Shown here: one piece after another, positions 58,739-64,000 of the stretch | Layout of the letters: each line of letters starts with the position of its first letter | Numbering within the stretch: the first letter of the stretch is position 1 | Assembly: GCF_009914755.1 (NCBI RefSeq) | Contig: NC_060947.1 | Strand: one strand, 5' to 3' | DNA from: the human T2T-CHM13v2.0 reference genome, Homo sapiens | DNA length: 64,000 nucleotides | The notes under the pieces: model-generated | Told to the model about the DNA's origin: nothing | What the model saw: only the letters and a program-made list of their open reading frames with translations | Databases searched by the model: none | Made by a program: the position numbers and the translations under genes

Positions 58739-60754
58739 TTAGTTGTTGGAGAGTTGGGGTAAATCTGAGCATAGTCTATTGCCCACCATTAAGATTTACC
58801 CATCGATCTAGTTTCCCAGGAATTTATGTCTAAATCTTAGGTAAAGAGGTGTTGAAAGTAAAAATAAAACACAAACAGAAAAAAACAGTAGTTTCTCTAA
58901 AGATCTCTGTGGGATATTGGAAGAAAGATAAGGCAGCACCGCTTTTATGCCTACCTAATTGAGAGTTAGCTCAGAACATAGCCAACTGTGGCACATGGGG
59001 TTTCTAGGGAGCAGAACTCAGCTTTGGCACTTGGAAGGCGTTAGCACATCAGTGATGCCAGAGGCAGCACAGAGCTGCAGATGCTACCCAGTCTCTAGTA
59101 ATTGGCACAGCAGTAGCACCTTGTGCCATATTGTTTAAAGAGCAGTACAAGGCAGCATCAGTGGCTTGATGTGGCCTTGGAGACTTTGGGAACTAAGCAG
59201 TATCCTTGGTACAAACATTAATGCTGTCATCTTTCATGGTAGGCACTGGTAGCAGCGATGAGGTGCCTGTGGTTTGGTATAGGTAGCAAAGGTCTAGGAA
59301 GTCCGTAAAGTGGAGAAGGCTTCTTTATGGGTAGACTTGAGACAACCCATGGGGGTTATGAGAAATAAGTGGAGAACCTAGAGATACTGTAATGATAGAT
59401 TTGGGGGAAAACCAGAGAAAATGCTGTTTATGATCATTAATATCCCACTTTTACCTGTAGCTTCATATGGTTTGGGGAATTATTGATTATGATTATGATA
59501 GTAACCTGACATGAGTGGCCAGATTGATCACAGTATAGATAGCCTGGGGCCCTTCCAGCTCCTGTTCTTCAGTATGAGAGGTTTCTAATTGTCACACGTG
59601 GAATTCTGCCTTCTTCCTCATACCTGCCTCCTGCTCCAACACGCTACGAGTTCAATATTCGGTGCTATCAAGCAGCATTCCTGGAAGCACAGAGATTTGA
59701 AAGAAAGGTTTCTGAATGTCATGCCAAATCTCCATCTGACTGGAGTAACTCAAGCAAATAGTCCAAAACTTCCAGAATAAATTGGATAAAGGTGGTAAGC
59801 ACTTTCGAGCTTCCAAGAAGTGGGGCGGGGATGGAGGAAGCTGCCCAATATTAACAATATGCACAGAGACAGAGGCATTTGTATTACAGTGGGTGGTATG
59901 CTGTGTTTCCCTCTTACTAAGTGTTGCCCATGCAAAGGCTGAGATGGTGGCATGATGCCTTTGCTGTCAGTGATACCAATTGCATTTGTGTACTCTAAGA
60001 GAAATAAAATAAGCTTCTTTCCCTCATGATGATATAATTGTCTTTCTTGTCCTTCGAGATTAGCCAAAGATGTAGTAAAGGCATTAGATATGTGTTAAGA
60101 ATGACACCACCACAACCACCACCATTACCAGCAACAACAAGAGTAAACACTTACATAGCACTTATTCCGTTTTTGGCACTGTTCTAAGATACACACACGC
60201 ATGCATATACATGCACATACTTTTTTTCTCCATTATTCCATCTGTCTTCTCACAATGACTTACAGATTGGGCAAAAGAGTGGTCCTCCTCAGGCCAAATT
60301 AGGTTTTTCTAAAGTGTGTTTTTAAGATCTTTTGTTCTGGAGAGCTTAACAGGTGTTACAAAACAGGATTCCCTGATCAAGTAAGTTTGGGAGACATTGG
60401 GTTATAAAATATAAGCACATTTCTCTACTGCAGGACTTCCAAATGGGCTAATGTATATGGAGATTTTTTCTGATAGAGGAAAATCATAGATGAAATCTGC
60501 AGAATTTCTCAAAAAGAGGCAGTAAACCGTGGTGTTATGAGTGGGGGCCTCTGATAGCAGACTTTCTGGGTTTAGAACCCAGCTAGGATATTTCGCTTGC
60601 TCCTTATAGGACCTTGGAAAAGTCTGTTTTATCTTTTTGTGCTCCAGGTGTCCTTATCTGTCAAATGGGGATAATGGTAATATTTACATCAGAGTGGTTT
60701 TAATATATTCAAACTGCTTAAAAGAGTACTTGGCTTTTAGGAAATGCTCGATAA

Positions 60755-61086
<332 letters not shown>

Positions 61087-61724
61087 TGATTTGACTCTGT
61101 AACCCTTTTCTTGCAAGCATCTCAGGGGATTAAAGTCTTACAGTGCACGTGTGTGGTGCACACACACACACATACACACTTTGGAAAATGCCAAGTTGGG
61201 TCCTTCTGGTAAAAAGACTATAGAAGAATGGCACTGGGGAAGAAAGAAAATAAAGGAGATCAGATGACGCCTGGGTTGAAAGACTACAACTCTGCAGTCC
61301 AAGTCTCAAAAGTTATTTTCTTATTCCGTCTCTAGATACTTTAAAAATTTTTATGGAGATAATTACCTGCTGCCCTCAAATTGGTTATGTTTACTTTTCT
61401 GGAGGAGGGAAAATGGACTAAATGAGGTTTTCGAAACCCAATTCTCCAATGACTTAAATGGCTTTGATTTCCGCATTTGAAAAATGGATCTACTGTTACT
61501 GATCTGCATGTGGAATTTTCCTACGAAAAAGGTATGATACTCAAACATCTATGATTAACCTAGGCCCACAATCAAATGGAATTACCATCTCGTGCTCCAG
61601 TTTTATCATAAGATGGCAAATGGCAAGATATCAAGCAATATCCTGACTGGACTCTTTGTGGGCTGAAGGTTCTATATCCCCAACTACCCTTTAGAGATAG
61701 GCGGTATCATGTAGCGCGTGAGTC

Positions 61725-61910
61725 CCACAACTGTCATGTACATCAGAATCACCTGTGTGTCTTGTAAAAGTAAAGTTAAAACAACCAAACTTCAGAGTTT
61801 TTGTTTCAGTAGGTCTGTTGGGGGCAGGTTGTGGGGAGAGAGGGCTGAGAATTTTGTTCCCAGGTGATGCTAATGGTGCTGGTCCAGGAACTGCACTTTG
61901 AAAACCGCTG
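61725..61910. mobile_element. MER5A
   Basis: catcagaatcacctg...ccaggtgatgctaatggtgctggtccaggaactgcactttgaaaaccgctg. Confidence 0.85.
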
Positions 61911-61915
61911 ATATA

Positions 61916-62037
61916 TGTTCCCCTTCCTGTGTCCATGTGTTCTCATTGTTCAATTCCCACCTATGAGTGAGAACATGGCACATGTATACATATGTAACAA
62001 ACCTACACGTTGTGCACACGTACCCTAAAACTTAAAG

Positions 62038-62074
<37 letters not shown>
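61916..62074 (+). mobile_element. 159-bp L1PA insertion with 5' inversion
   Basis: 61916-61977 is antisense L1 3'UTR and 61974-62074 is the sense L1 3' end with an (AAT)n tail; 16-bp TSD gaaaacc(g/a)ctgatata at 61900-61915 and 62075-62090. Confidence 0.92.
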
Positions 62075-62090
62075 GAAAACCACTGATATA

Positions 62091-62345
62091 GAGGTTAAGT
62101 GAGGGGGCACTGAAATTGGACAGACCTGGGTTTAAACTCTAGCACCATCACTTAGAAGCTGTGAAATCCTGGTTAAATTATTTAATCTCTGTGACTTAAT
62201 TTACATATCTATAAAGTGGAGATAATAGTAACAACCTGGTAGGGTTGTTGTGAGGACTAATGAGTTCATATATGTGAAGCCCTTCAAATAGTGCCTGCTG
62301 TAAATTAGCCTCAGTTGTTACTATTGTTGTTATTGTTATTGTTAT
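62091..62345 (+). mobile_element. MIR
   Basis: gacagacctgggtttaaactctagc...tagggttgttgtgagga. Confidence 0.8.
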
Positions 62346-63379
62346 TAAAAGAAAGGTCTTGTAGGGAAGAGAAGTCAAGTCAGGGCTCTGAGTTGGGACA
62401 GGATCCCTAGGAGTGGGAAAAAAAGCATTGATATGACAACCCACATTATTCCCTTTTAAAAGGGACATTAATGGTAGAAGTTGATACATTGGTTTTCTAG
62501 ACATGAAGATGCTTCAGGACAGGGCTATTTAAACCCCGAGAGTTGATTTGTGTTACTCAGCTGTCTAGTTTGCTGGTCTTTCTTAACTCCCTACCACCTC
62601 AACCCCACAACATTCTTAAGCTCCTCCTTTCCTTAGCAAAGTGGCAACAGGACAAGTTTAGCAGTGGCCCTCTAAGGCAGATGCTCCATGCCCTCTTCAG
62701 AAATCTCCTGGCAATATTTTCATTCCAGGGAATATTTATGAAGTACTCACTTGTGTTTCAACCTCCATGGTTTGATTTTTGTTTTAGAAACCCAGCTAAT
62801 TCTTCCGGGGGAAAAAAAGGTCCCAGTTTAAAATTCTGATGCCTTTGGTAAGTTGTCCACAGAAGAGAGAAATTTCGTTAATGATCTACCCACCTTGCTC
62901 TCAGGTATGCCTCCCATGTTTCAAGGTTCCCTATGTACCTTTAATTTTGATAATAATTAGGAAGCTTGTAAGCATTATCAGGAAGCAACTGTGTGCCCTG
63001 GTTGGGGGAGGGTGAATACATCTGGGCATTAAGTAACTGGCCCTCAATCTCTCTGAATGACATTTCAGTGCATTTTTTAAGGATCAATTTTCATACTTCA
63101 TTGTGGTGGCTGATTCTGGTATGCTGGACAGAAAGGTTTATGATGCCCAATGGGTTAATCAGCTTTGACCAAATCTTTCTTGAAGTACTAAAATGGAGTG
63201 TAGCTCTCATCCACAGCAGCTTTCTCCCTCTGCTCATTAGTTCATGTCGGGACTTTAATAGTACAAAGCAAAAGAAAGAGGGTGTGTGTTTGCGTGTCCC
63301 CATTTGCCTTTTCCCTCTATACTCACCAGCTGAGAGTAATTTATTTGTTTCCACAAGGGGAAATGTGGAGATAAATGCC

Positions 63380-63620
63380 TCAATGATTAAAGTCCTGGCC
63401 TATAAGTTGGAAAACCTTGGTTCTAGAACTAGCATCACCTGTGACTTTCTTTATGACCTTGGATTTATTAGCTAGATTTTTCTGGGCCTTTGTGTCCTTT
63501 CTGTAAAATAGGATGGTCTTGATCATCCCATTTCACAGGGTTGTTGAATACCTAATGAGATAATATACCTGGTCATGCTTTGGAAACTCATTAGTGTTTT
63601 ATGGATATAAGAAATGATTA
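63380..63620 (+). mobile_element. MIR
   Basis: tctgggcct...tctgtaaaatagga...cagggttgttg. Confidence 0.7.
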
Positions 63621-64000
63621 TTATACTCAACAAATTCTGATTAGATATTCTGCGTTTTTTCTCATGCCCTATTTAATAACAATCTTATAACTTAAAGAAT
63701 CAAAATATAAATTAAATAACTCTGTATATTTTACAGAGGTAAAACTTAAATTACGGGTTAAGAATTTTCAAAGGGCCAAAGAAGAAAAAGCCTCCAATAA
63801 AAAGCACAAGGGAATTTATTTTTGTCTAGTTGACTGGTCTTTCAGAAATAAAAAAGAAGCCATTTCAGAACTGACCAGTAGATGTCAGTGTTTGACAAGC
63901 ACATAGCTGTTTGCTGAGGCTCCCGTATTAGCATCTGGCTCCATTTCAGCTAGCAAGTTTCTCTGCAAAGGAGAGGGAGTTTGTGTAACTGAAGCAAAGA

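Noticed and set aside
62993-63475. 160-aa ORF
   Set aside because: non-ATG start, no recognisable domain, and the 3' part runs into a MIR

Overview
Human genomic DNA (the human-specific L1HS-Ta and AluYb diagnostics are present). It is non-coding, either intergenic or deep intronic, and dense in interspersed repeats (Alu, L1, L2, MIR, MaLR/ERVL LTRs, hAT and piggyBac fossils). I found no intact protein-coding exon, RNA gene or CRISPR array, and no evidence of a new multi-gene system. Almost all ORFs in the track come from repeats or are chance ORFs. The one gene-derived feature is a GLRX5 (glutaredoxin 5) processed pseudogene at 6359-7306. It has lost most of its mitochondrial targeting peptide in frame and carries one frameshift, and an unexplained 157-bp second copy of its 3' coding end lies 2 kb downstream. 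Other notable items: a short L1HS-Ta insertion inside a repeat-free, motif-rich block; a near-pristine AluYb; a 159-bp 5'-inverted (twin-primed) L1; a piggyBac (Looper-type) transposase fossil that the ORF track mostly misses; and several nested-insertion stacks with readable TSDs. Repeat subfamily names and the parent GLRX5 protein were recalled from memory, and boundaries of old repeats are approximate.
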